The position numbers were made by a program, and so were the translations under genes. The notes under the pieces were generated by a model. It searched no databases, was not told where the DNA came from, and saw only the letters and a list, made by a program, of their open reading frames with translations. Of a stretch of DNA of 64,000 nucleotides, positions 1-12,999 are shown in pieces. Position 1 is the stretch's first letter, and each line of letters opens with the position of its first letter. Source of the DNA: Trichoplax sp. H2 (Eukaryota); assembly GCA_003344405.1 (NCBI GenBank), contig NOWV01000125.1:124001-188000 (forward strand). Reading direction: 5' to 3'.

Positions 1-332
1 TTACTGTATGGATACTTGATTACACCAGTAGAACTTACTGTACAAGTTAGCGTGATGAGAATCCTCTCATAGACTCGACTTAACTTTACTATATAACTTT
101 TAATATTATTATTATCTGGAATAAATAAACAGCCTATCGGTCAATTAGTTCATATAATTAGTTCTGCGGATAAATTACCTATGCTGATAGTATACGGATA
201 GAACTGATAGCTTTCATTCCTTTTAATTAATTAAACATGATAATGTCTATTTGGTAGATATTCGTCATTGAACTCATTTTAGCTATATCATGTTATTATA
301 TTTGTAGTCCATATAGTGTATGGCCGTCTGTC

Positions 333-3300
333 ATGGAGAATTATATTTTATATGATGAAATTGGACGTGGTGATGGATCAATAGTATATAAGGGCAGAAA
401 ACGAGGTGCTATTGAATTTGTTGCTATTTATTGTATTGAGAAATCCAAGCGTGCAGAAACTACCAACAGAGTAAGTACAGTACGTATGGTGTAGCAATGA
501 TATGTGACGGAATGAGCATACAAGCCGATGCATTAGCAAATATTTATAACCACAGTGAATAGATTAGTTGTGAGTTGCGAACAATTGTTTCGTATTATTC
601 GTACAATATTTTGAGGTTATATTCATTTTAATTAATGGCAGTACACGCTCGTAAAAGTCCAATAATAAAAATCTTCATAGATGGTTTATACTTTATAGTA
701 ATACATTCAGAATTAGTCTGGCTAACTAATTTTGGTGATGCAATTCTAGTAGCTTATATCAAGCATAACGACGCTAGCATATGCTCTTTCCAACACAGTA
801 ATTTATCTGCGTATTAATAAATATAATGACAATTAGTGTCTCTATCAAGGCAATGAGAAATCATTAGAACGATTACCAACAAAGCTGTAAACAAATATTA
901 ATCAATGTCATCGCTTTAGGTAAGATTAAGCCAGGGACTGAAACATCGATGTATGGTTGAATTTCACGAATGGTATGAAACTTCAAAGCATTTATGGTTA
1001 ATAGTTCAGCTTTGTACAGGAGGTAGCCTCCAAGAAATACTCAATCAAGACGGTTGCCTACCAGAAGAATCGATCCGTAATTTTGGTGTCGATTTAGTGA
1101 TAGGCCTTTACACTATACATTCTTTAGGGATTGTTTTCTGCGACTTAAAGCCTTCCAAGGTATGCTATATTTTCTAAATTGTAGAAATTTCATTAGTTTT
1201 ATTAATTAATGAACAATTCGCGTAGAAATTTGTAACAATTATTTTTTAAAGATAACGATGGCTAATTTATATATAAAGAATAACATAAAAGTTAATTATT
1301 CTCGAAAACTCACGGACTTTGTATTTAATAATAATAAATTTCATAATTTCAGCTCTTGCTTGACGGTACATGGGCAATTAAATATAGTAATTTCAATCAT
1401 GCACGATTGCTTGGTGAAAGGTTAGATTTTCTTGATGGAACAGACAGTGATAGCAGCGATGAACAAAGTGACAGCGAAGAAGTTAATGTGAAAAAAGTTT
1501 CAGATAAAAAAACTGGAATGCCATTTACGCCATACTTGGCACCAGAAGTAATGTTGTTTGGGCAGTTCTCGCCTGCATCTGATTTATGGTCAGTGGGATG
1601 TTTGCTTTACCGAATGTATACAGGTACATTGCATAGTATCAATTTTTTAACCCCTAAAACGTACCTAATAAATCGTTGGCGTTACTGGCATTGATGGTAG
1701 CTAGTAGCTGTTACCACGATTTTAGCGATTCTTATAGGACTGATTTTTCACTATACGATTTACTGATATTTACTTAGGTAATCTACCTTTCCAAGGAGAA
1801 ACGACTGCTGAGTTGGCGAATAATATTTTACAAAACGATCCCCCTTTTCCGACTTCTCCAAGTGGGTATCTTGCTAAGTAGCTAAGTAGTGATAGAGTTG
1901 TTAATTGAAAAATAAGAATTAATGATGATGTAACCATTGCTTCATAACATATATAGTACATAGTGAAGAAATATCTGCAGAATTTTTAGATTTAATTAGT
2001 GGACTCTTGCGAAAAGATCCCAATGAAAGGTATTCTATAGGAAAATTTATTTATTCGATAGATCAGTGGACATCGCTGATGACTTACGATAAGAATATTT
2101 ATGCAGGTATGATTGGTCCAGAGTATGCTCTCATGAAATGTGGAAAAACAAGATCGTAAATCAATTAAAGGAAGATGGTTTAGATGAATCTAGAAGTACC
2201 CTTGATAATTCTGTTCAATCAATACTTGGTGGTGATAATAATAACAATTCATCATTTCTGGATAATAGCGCAAATATATCACAGAATGAAAGTGTTGACG
2301 AGAATTCAACACTTTATCAAGGTAAGTAGTCGGCCTAGGTTTGATTCGATAAATATTAAAAACGAACGTTGATTAATTTTCCTACTTAGTTCTACTTTGC
2401 ATTTTCAATTTTAATATACGTGTATAATAGGATCTGTGATAAGACCATTGACCGCTCCAGAGGATTCACGCCGAAATAAGCCTGTATGCTTTAGCTTAAG
2501 GTTAATAAAATTATAATTTATTGAAATCACGGATTACATTAAATCCAAGTCAGGAAGCTAAGACTTTTATGTCCTTTTATAGTTTGCGCCCTCATTCATC
2601 CCTTAACTTTCTAACCACTGAATCTGAGCAACCAAACCTATTTACGATCATCGAAAAAAACGACCAGAATATTCTGGAAGACGTTGAGGAGGAAGTTGAG
2701 CAATCTAAGGGACTTGAAGAAACTGTAGCGCAAAGTACGGACGAAGTTTCCACTATGCAAAATGTGGTCAGTCAGTCATACAGTGATACAGAAGTTTTCG
2801 TTAGTGGTAGTAGCGAACTGAAGCAGCCTTTAGTTGAAAAAGTTCAGTTGCCAGAGCTTGATGATAGCCTAGATGAAACTCTGCCTATGGATACACCAAA
2901 AGGAGATAAAAGAATTTCCAGAAAAAGCACAGTACAGCAGCATATTAATACGTTATCGTTATCAATTATCTAAGATCTTAATTGTGTATTGACATCTTTG
3001 AAAATTAAACGTAAGATATATCTTGTTGCAGCCTGCAAATGAAGAATTTGATCAAATTACCGTTCCTGAAGCCATCTCAGAATTGCTTTATCATGATAGT
3101 GATTTAGTTGCTTCTCCCATTCTGGAAACTCATCGTGTAAGCTTGAACATAATTTAGTAATATATTTTTATAGAATCGTTATCGACTAGTTAGTCATTTA
3201 CTGGCATGCACATACAGTAAATAATGTATGAATAATTTACATTATTTGTGTAGACGCAGAGGAGTCGTTCCTTGAAATGGGATGCTAAATCTTTGTCATT

Positions 3301-6300
3301 TCCTTCACACACTGGTAAACGGGTTTTAAGAATGTTTTACTTACTGGGACTGTAATAAAATTGTTGAAAGTTATGATTTAATCTTAAATTACTGAATTTA
3401 TAAACATAGCTGAGCAAATAGTAGAATTGACCGACGAAGAACAGCAATCTCATTTGCAGTTAATCCAGGAAACGTTGCAATCGAGCGGTAGTAATATGCA
3501 GAGGATAAAATTGCATGCAATTACATACCTAACTTCCATATCATCTAACTCTTCCATCGCGGATTTAGTATTTCATTCTGACTTGGTATGTTGGCATAAT
3601 CATTGTGATTAGTTCGCTATTATAAACTTTGCAGTATAAGGTGATACAATATATTTTTTTTTCAGTTAATTGCGCTAGCTATCATATTAAAGTCCCCGGC
3701 TATTCTGGAAATGTAAGGACAACAATAAATTTCTTAATTCAATATTAATTACCTTTATAATATGCCACTATATTTAATTATTGCTCACACCAACAGAAAG
3801 GAAAAGATTGCTAAGTGTTTTGGTCTCATTATATCCAGTGCAACCATGATTAAACGAGAATTTAATATATCAGAGGTATGAATTGGTCTTATTCTTGCTA
3901 TCAATTTTTAGATTTGTTGAATACCCTTCATACGTATATTCTCTCTATAGCTGTTTGGAATGGCTACTGATGCTCTTCGTGACAGTATACGAAATGTAAA
4001 GTTAAAACAGGTTTGTTTGCATTATTATCTAGAGTTGAATTATCTCGATGTATAGTTTTTAGAATGTTTTACTAATTATATAACTATGCATCTAGACTCT
4101 TACTGCAGCATTGGGAGAACTGATATATTTTGTTGCATCACAGGTTATATACGTATAGCTTCATAATAGATAAGAATAACCTTTCACTATTTTAAGGGTA
4201 TTTTTTTAAATGTTTATAAAATTTAAATTAACTGTATTCCTTCATATAATATAGGAGATGAAAAGTAATTCAGTCATTTCTAACTGGGAAATTCCTTCCG
4301 CTAGTTATGTTATGATAGTAAAGTGTTTGCAAGGGGTTAGTAGATATGCTGTTTTCTTCTATTGTGTGCGGTGTATTTAAAAGAATTGACTGCGATGTTA
4401 GCACGGTACTGGTATCTTATATACAAAATACGTATATTAAATAAAGGAATTACTTAATTAAAAATTAGGGTGATCCGATTGTACAACAACATGCTGCAAA
4501 AACGATAGAAAGCGTAGCTGTGATTGATTCTAGGCCTAGTAAGGTACTACTCAATTGCGTTAACAGAGTTTCTTACCATTAAATCTAAATATACGTGTAG
4601 TGATGTTACCGAAAATTATAATTCAGAAACTAGCTACTCCTGGTACTGCACAAGCTTTATGGAATTTATTTACTCATTCGTCAAGCGACGCTTTATGTGC
4701 TACAGCTATTTCGGTTAGTTCACTAATGATAGTTCGATTACTAAGTACAAAAATAATGCAATAGTTAAAATGCATAATACACGTATACGTATTAATAAAT
4801 TGATGATTGAATTACAGGCATTAAGTCGTCTAAATCGGAAATCTTCCTCTATCTTCAATCATATTTATGACAGAGTTGGTTTACAAACTATTTTAAAATC
4901 GCTTTCGACAAATGTCGGAAAAATTTCTCAGGTGAGTTATCGTTGGTTCAGTTGTTTCATAATGCGAGTGTGTAGATCCGACGCATTAACTTGACTTGTT
5001 GCTCGTGGCTCATCAAAATTATGCACCTTTGTTTTATTAGTCTTTGATAACGATGCTTATTTCAACACTGTTCAGTGGGCAATTGTTTGTTAAGAGAATG
5101 GTCCAAGACAAGGTTTAGCTTGATAATATCAATTTGGATTAAAAGTCCGTTATTTTACAAATTCCTTATTTTAATCGTTTACATTAACAGCAACTTGTAA
5201 CAACCTTAATACACCTTCTTGAAAATTCCTCATACGTTATCCGGGGTAAAGCATACTTGGCAATATCACAATTAATCAAGCTTAGTCAGGATGCCGCACT
5301 GACTTGTTGTCAAGCTAGGTAATTATGCAGATATTAAGCTGCTGTTGCGTATCAAAACTGAATAATACCTAGATCATAACTATATAAGAATTTGTGTACT
5401 TACTTAAGGAGTTATTGCATAGTTTTAATCTATCAATGCTTACCTATTAGATTATTAGTCTTTATTGAAAGAGACAACAAAATACAGCCTCACTCTAAGG
5501 ACGAGTTACATGATCAACAGCAATATGCTTTGAAATGTCTAAAGTGTGTCGTTGATGTATATTTGGAAGCTGTTCCTAATATATTTGGTAATCCTAAAAT
5601 GAAGTTACTTTTAGTGGTAGTTATTGCCTTATAAAAGTCGCTAGCCTCTCTATATAATTCATCAGCTTATATTGGAATCGTACGTTACATGCTGTGTAGC
5701 GCTGAAAAATGTTAAAAGCATTTACTAACGTGTAACTATTCTGTAAATATGCTACTCCTTGATGAGTCAGATGGTGTGCTGCGGATCCTGGAAGTTGTGT
5801 CTGGAAGACGTCATCCGTCATCCTCTCAAATAAAACAATTAAAATCTAATTTACCTTACTTATCTGTTATCCATCATTTGCTAACGAATCAGGTGAGTAT
5901 CGTATGATGCTATAGAATAACGTGGTTGCTTACACACGTATTATACGCAAATATCTAAAAGTAAGCATCTATTAATTGATATGACCTTCATTTGCAATTT
6001 AGATATTCAGAAGTAGATTAACGGATGATGTCTTTTTAACGAAGTTAAAAGCACTTCTGGTAAGCAATCAATCTCACTATAATAGTATTGGCGCCATAGA
6101 TTCCAAATTGTAAAATTTGGCATTATTCGAGAAGTAACAGTATTTTAAAATCTTCTAGAGCCATGTTATTTCCGTCGATGAAGGGACAACAAGCTTATCT
6201 TCCACTTCAGGTTTTTTATACAATTTGCTTGCACCCTTACTGATATATGTCATTTCCAACCTCCTGTAATTAAACTATGTTTCGAAAAATTACTGCAGCT

Positions 6301-8800
6301 CCCACTGCTAATGATGACTTTAAGCATATCGTCTTGTCGATGGTACTAACTATATGTCAACAGTCTACTTTGGTCATGAAGCATTATGCACAAGTAAGGC
6401 ACGACTTCAATTCATTTTGAAATAAATGCTGACTATCAGCGGGTACTTAATTCTGATATAATAAATTACATAAATTCATTTTCGTATCGTTAGATGGTCA
6501 AAAGTATCATGCCCTCCTTAATAAAGTTGATTGAGAGCTCTAACGGTAGTTATAGTATTGTTTTATTGTAAACATGAATGCTATACAAAATGCGTATAAG
6601 TTTATGGGATATATCTTGTCATGTAAGTCTGAATTCGAGTATTTCTTTAATGCATAGGTGATACCCGTGTTCTTTGCTTGCGTGTAATTACTGAAGTTGG
6701 AATTCAGTATTTGAACCAATGGAATGATACAGACGTTTCTAAGGTATGAGTATAATCTAAAACGTACAACCGTATGTTGATACTTCGATACTGAAGTTAT
6801 TGGATTAATTTATTGTCTTCGTACAGGAATACGGTATAATTGACAGAGAGTTACTACAAAAGCTGATTATACTAGAATTATTACCGAGGTAAACATATCT
6901 TGATTGAGTTAAGCATGTAATAAATAAACATCGATTAACAAATTTTTTACTATTTGAGCCGTACACAGTTTCAAAATAAATATCTGATAGTTAAGCAATG
7001 TCTGGATGTGTATCCTTTCTAAAATGCTCGTATATATGCAAATGTGGTATATATATACTTTTAGTTACGAAGCCATTCTTAAAGACCAAGATCCGATCCC
7101 TACTTATGCAGTTAAGCTGTTGGCAGTTTTGATCCAAAAGTATCCATCAACATCGAAGTAAGCTTCTACGTTTACTCATTGCAGTTATTACTATTGTATA
7201 GTTACCTTTTAATTTCGAGTCTGGAATTGGTAGGATGCTATGAACGTATATCGTTCTTTTACTCTTTTGTCAGGTTTGTGGATCAGCACCATGTGATGGT
7301 ACCATTATTACATGTATACGAAGTGAGTTCATAGCTGCATTACTGGCAATCTAGATTTATTCAGCAGTAAAGCTTATAAGATTTTAAATGGTACGGTGAT
7401 CATAGCAGAACTTGTATTCCTAATTTTAGGCTCATAAAGACAATATAAGTCAAAATATGCGAGATAATATCGTTGATATATTCTATCACTGCTTGCCGAT
7501 GAACCAAGAGACTTTTGATATTCTGATTAAAAATGGTAAATTCTGTATGAACTTTTAATTATAAGTGGATCTCACTGTTAGTAAACAAACATATTTTGGT
7601 AGGATTCGTGACGTATATGGTTCATGCAGCTGATGAAATAATAAGGGATGACGAAGTAAAGATGGCGACTTTATCACATGCATTGGACATTATGTATCAT
7701 GAATTAAAATATGTTTCTGGTAAAGTCAGAGTTGCATTACAGGTACTTACTAGCGATTAATCTTTGGAGTATTTAGTTATGCTCTATATATGGTATTTAC
7801 CATAAAGAGTAAATATTATAACGGATACTTTTTACCAGACAAAAGAAAAGGAAAAAAATTCAGACTGTCTAAATACGGAACGATTGCTAATTGCAAACAG
7901 GCCTGCTGTCAAACTAATTAAACCACTTATATATGAGGTAAGGGTTTATCACAAAGGAAATTTGCTACTTAATGGATGCTTTACCAAATTAGTTACTGAA
8001 ACTATCTTGGAAATCTGGCAAGCCTCTATGATAACTCACAGTTTCTTTTATTGTGGCTGTTATTCAGCTAACACGCAATAGCGATAACATAAATGAAAGG
8101 GCCCTTAGATGTCTATCTTTAGCGATGCAGCTGATAGGCGGAGAGTTTCAGGAGACGTTATCAGCTAATGATATTGTAAGTTATAGCTATTTAGAGCTGC
8201 TTGTTGCTTCGTAAGCGTTTGCAATTTACAATATAGGTAAACATATTTAAAACGAAATTAATCAGATATTTATTAAATCGATGTGAAGGATTTCTTAATT
8301 AAAGCTGTCAAAGTTTCGACCAAGAAATATTATAAGAATTTATTCAGGATTATCAAAAGATTTGTAAGGAATACTACTACAGAAATAATGGTTACCTTTA
8401 TTAATATTAATACCTACGGAGGAAGGATGTTTAGACGTAAATTTAAATATTTATTATTTATGCAAATTGTTAGGTTACCACGAACTCCAACAACACCAAT
8501 TCAATAAGACTGTATGGTGGTGAATTAATTACGACTTTAAAAGCAATCAAGAGGTATTATAGTACGGTGTAAAATCTAAAAATTAGTTGTAATTATTGGA
8601 TGTATCACAACGAATTGTACATTAGGATTTAGTAAATAGTAGCGTGAGATTACAACTTTGTCGTACGCTAATTTTTATTATTTCTTATTTAATTGCTGAT
8701 TATAATTGCTGATTATAATTTCTATTACAGTATTGAAAATGAAGCACCAGTAATTGCGACTATCAATGATATTTTATCTCATATTGACGAAAGTTCATAA
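333..8800 (+). CDS. ULK4: Serine/threonine-protein kinase ULK4 (N-terminal pseudokinase, C-terminal ARM/HEAT repeats), multi-exon
   Basis: Exon 1 reads MENYILYDEIGRGDGSIVYKGRKRGAIEFVAIYCIEKSKRAETTNR. Next exons read FHEWYETSKHLWLIVQLCTGGSL, FCDLKPSK, KYSNFN and YLAPE...SDLWSVGCLLYRMYTG. Many short GT-AG exons follow with helical-repeat character (e.g. LKDQDPIPTYAVKLL). The last exon ends ...HIDESS* at 8800. Confidence 0.93.
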
Positions 8801-11800
8801 TATTGTAACAGATTAAGGTGTTTCTTTTTTTATTTCGTAAGTATTTCAATCTCTTTGATTCGAAATGATAAATCATGTAATATAAATTTAATTCATCTAT
8901 ATTATATAAAGAATACCAATCAAAATACGCGCAATTGTTCAGATATTATCGCCTACGAGTTAGGCTTTTGTCTTTAACTGTGTTCCTGTAATTTTATGGT
9001 AGGGCCTAATTAAGGAATTGTTAGGCGATAAACTTGCCCTATTTATTAAACGCTAGCCGACTTATACCACATTTTGTAAGTCTATGATGTTAATGCTACT
9101 TTGAAGGTGATGGATGACTCCAAATATCGATTTAGTGGATCTAGTTTAATTAGCTAGTTGAAAAAATTTTTCCTGATATGAAAATATAGCAACCTGTAAT
9201 TGTCTGAAGAAAGCATGTCCTCAGTTCAATATTTCATCTATTATAGTTTATGTGTCTTTATTTTAGAGATATCGTACGTCCAACAGCATGCTACATTATT
9301 TGATATTCTACCTTATGAAGGCGCGATGCTGTTGAATTTTTATTTTGTCTTGCAGCTTTAATTTATTGAATGCCTATTGGCTTATTCTTGGATTGCTTCG
9401 TACAATTTAGAAAATAGCATTTGAATATAGTAAATATTTTATTGATCTATGATCATAATCTATTAGCAATAGAATTGCGATACTTCTTATTACTAAGTTT
9501 GTGATTTATGTTGTTATCGTCTTTGAAGTGCTTATTTTGATAAATTAGGATACTTAGAATACTTTATTACAAGCAGTATCCATGTTGTAGCATTTAAAGA
9601 AAACAAGCTAATGTCTATATATAGCAAAAGCTGTACATGTGAACGCATAGAAATAAAGACTAGAGCATATTAAAACGTTAATCTTATCTCATCTATTGTT
9701 GATATGTGATTGATAAGATCTAGCACTAAGAGCGTATTCTATTATAGTAAAATCTACTTTGGACACTATTTTAGTGGGCAGTAGGACTATTTAAGGTACT
9801 AAAGCTGCTTTGGTAAGACTATACATATACGAACTTAGTAGATACCTTACTAGATAGATTAAACCAGTATTTTATCTGATCACACAGTCATACTTGTTTT
9901 GACTAGATCATGGTTATCTGGCCGTAAATAATTTACTAGTTACCTAGGTTCATTCATAATTATTGTTTAGGTCAACAAGATACACTTTATACTATAACTT
10001 TAGTATCATATTTTCTGGCCTATTGATTGTCACTATTGCTAATCCGTTTCGAACAACGTTTGCCATTTATTCTTACATACGAGATCCTCTTCGCTATTCT
10101 AAACTACTTGTAATGGGGATATAATGTGATTATATACGATATAGGGTATAAATGCGGCGAAATTGATCCTTATTATAGCATAAAGAAGATGTAAATAGAA
10201 TTGCTACTTATTAATCAACAATTGCATAACAATCGCTCATAGAGATGTTGCCTTTTAACAAACTCAAAAAGTAAGATTTTCAATATGCATACTATTGCAC
10301 AAATTTAGGCGATATTTGTATTTTAGCTTAGCCATTAATCTTTGCTTAGTAATACATATATTATCTTGCAAGAGGCAAAATTAATACTATCTTCATATCT
10401 TCGCACTAATAGATTGTCAGTAGGTAGTAATTTAATTTACTCACTTCATCTAATTTAGCAATGTCATCGCCTATTCATTTTAATGCCATGGCTACTGCCA
10501 AGAGCTCATTAAATTTGGCAAGAATAAGAGGTTGATATTTTTGACAGTAGATTGACAGCTAAGTCTTTACTGTATCCCCACTAATGAATTATCGATTAAA
10601 TAGGTTGTAAGCAAGCGATATAAATAACTATAAATGAAGTATTTACGTAACAAAAGGACAGCCATGTTTAATATATGCATAGTTGGCATAGGTGGACCGA
10701 CAACGGAGTTAAATCAATAACAGTAACAGACAAAAGCATTTCTTCTCCAATGCCAATCGTCAATTATACTAAACATTATGTTAACATTAATGTCAACCAA
10801 TAAATAATAGTAATACAAATCTGTCGATATTAGTAGCAAACAGAATCTTTCAAGTAAAGCAATCCGGAGTATTAAAGTTAAACTTATTGTGTATAATACA
10901 TGCTACGAAAGCAAAGAATGCTTTATTATAGCATGAAAGATTCTATCGCTATTTCCTACGATTATAAAGTGTATAGTACGACTCAATTTTCACACAATTC
11001 GCTCATATGGACTCTTGAAATTTTGACAGAATAGCATAGTAACTATGAAAATTCCGGTTATCCTTTACTTCCCTTCCAGCAGTAACAGATATTCCTACAT
11101 TAATCTGACCGTTATGGCTGTAATGGGGAAGGGAATTTAACTACTGGTCTTTCATTGATTTAATTTTGAAAGATGAAGATTTTTAATTTATTAACCATAG
11201 AGAGGTACAATAAAAAGGAGTGATAATACCGATGTTTACATCAATTATCGATTGATTTCTTAGTTCCTAATAACTTTTAAAGCTTGAAGAAAGCGTAAGG
11301 CAATCAACTAATATAGACATCTCATATATAAATGTGGGCAAATAATTTTCGGTTTATACTTGCATTAATATGGATTACGTTGTAATGAATACAAGAATCA
11401 TGATAGGTTGGTTATTGCTTTAATCGTAGAAATGTATTAATTAACTGAAGTTAATTAGGATTTTACATAGCTACCGAGCTAGTGAAATAAATAAAATAAA
11501 TAGAGTAGACTTGAGGGTAAAGTAAGCGAATGCAACACGATTTAATAGACGCAATCCAATTTGAAATGTGTAGCAGAGACCTTTTATCACAGACTGACCA
11601 TATATGACCGGGATCTTAATTACGAATCGAATTATTTACTTATAAGTTAACTACCTTCGTTAACTAAATTAATCACTAGTTGTGGATATATAAGAAATTT
11701 AATTTTATTTGTGTATGGGTTAACTGTGTTATTTAATATACGTGTTGAATCTTAACTATTTATTAGAAGGACTGCATATCATTCAGGGGTATTTTTAGTT

Positions 11801-12439
11801 TGTCTGTTGATCCTATTAGATTATTTGGATATACTTGTTATGCCATGAATTCAATACTCGATCAGCTGGAAAAAACGTCATTCCATTACTGTATCTAGAA
11901 CATACATTAAGATTATCTAGTTAAAATACAAAAATTTAAAATACCTACAATAACAACTAAATCCTTCTATCTCCTTTTCAAAATTAGCGCTGTACAATCA
12001 ACAAGATATAAGACTTCTGTAACAGTATACTTTTTATATGGTTATCATGGATCTATGTTATTGCCCTAACAAAGATAATAATTATTTTACACAATAACAA
12101 CTGGTCGCTGCTATCCCTATTCAAAATTGGCTTCCTTATTGTGTATATAGCCTGACAACATTTCTATAATGATGATATTAAAAGATTAATGCAACATAAT
12201 AACCCTTGCAATAATAACAGTTTTACTCGACTGTGGAGTGAAACTGTAAATCTCATGCTGACCAAGATTTTGGTTCGATCAAATACGTGAATTATAATTG
12301 AGTAATACAAGCACTAAATTCGATTGCACAATGTACTATCTGCTTGATTTAATTAAAGTAATCCTTTTTCAATTAGCATAAGGTTTTTACATTGTACTAC
12401 TTGCGGTAATTGGTTCAAAATGTAACCTTACTTAGTCAT

Positions 12440-12900
12440 CATAAAACGTAGAGGAAGATAACGTTGGTTACTTATAGGAGAGAAATTAATTCAAATCTTA
12501 TTCTATTAGCATTTCATGCAATAAGGTTTATTTCTATCAATAGATTAAGCGTATTCAAGCATGTAGACGCTGTTTATCCGTTCTTTTTCATTTATACAAC
12601 AGCTATTCTTTCAATATTAATTCGAGTGATCAGAGGCTGGGCGTTATTGACCCGGTTGCTATGACGAGAGAATGTTAAATCAACATTGTGTCTGCAAGCG
12701 GGGGGTAATATAGTAAGAAGAATTTTATTTAAAGCCTTCCAAACAAAGAGGGAGAGAAAAATAGATAGCAATGGCTCCTAGATAAATGTGAAAGAAAAAT
12801 AATTATAGGTAATCATTGACGGGACTATTTCCAATGGTATTTAATCTGCAGAGTAGAATAGTATTGTATCTTTATTTTGAACGATGATCCTGGATGACAG
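12440..12900 (+). mobile_element. Highly decayed non-LTR retrotransposon (CR1/L2-like) reverse transcriptase fragment
   Basis: Collinear, frameshifted motif remnants: KITLVTYRRE (cf. WKxAxVxPIYKKG), RFISI..SVFKHV (cf. YRPISI..SKVFE), SSDQ.LG..PG (cf. LSDxQxGFRPG), FKAFQT (cf. DFxKAFD), WLLDKCERK..VIIDGTIS (cf. WLxDYLxxRxQxVxIDG). Recognised by eye only. Confidence 0.35.
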
Positions 12901-12999
12901 ATTGATGTCACAAAAAAAAACTGATAGAATAGAAATCAAATAAATTATTCTATCCATTACAACAAGTGTTGACAGTCAAGTTTACAAAGTACTAGCTAC

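Noticed and set aside
7010..7018. GTATCCTTT, a U12-type 5' splice-site consensus within ULK4
   Set aside because: It lies inside an ordinary GT-AG intron whose flanking exons already join in frame, and it is only ~50 nt from the acceptor.
9190..9240. In-frame TGA (EILN*GHAFF) as possible selenocysteine
   Set aside because: No recognisable selenoprotein context or SECIS. Neighbouring segments carry TAA/TAG stops and frameshifts, which fits decay.
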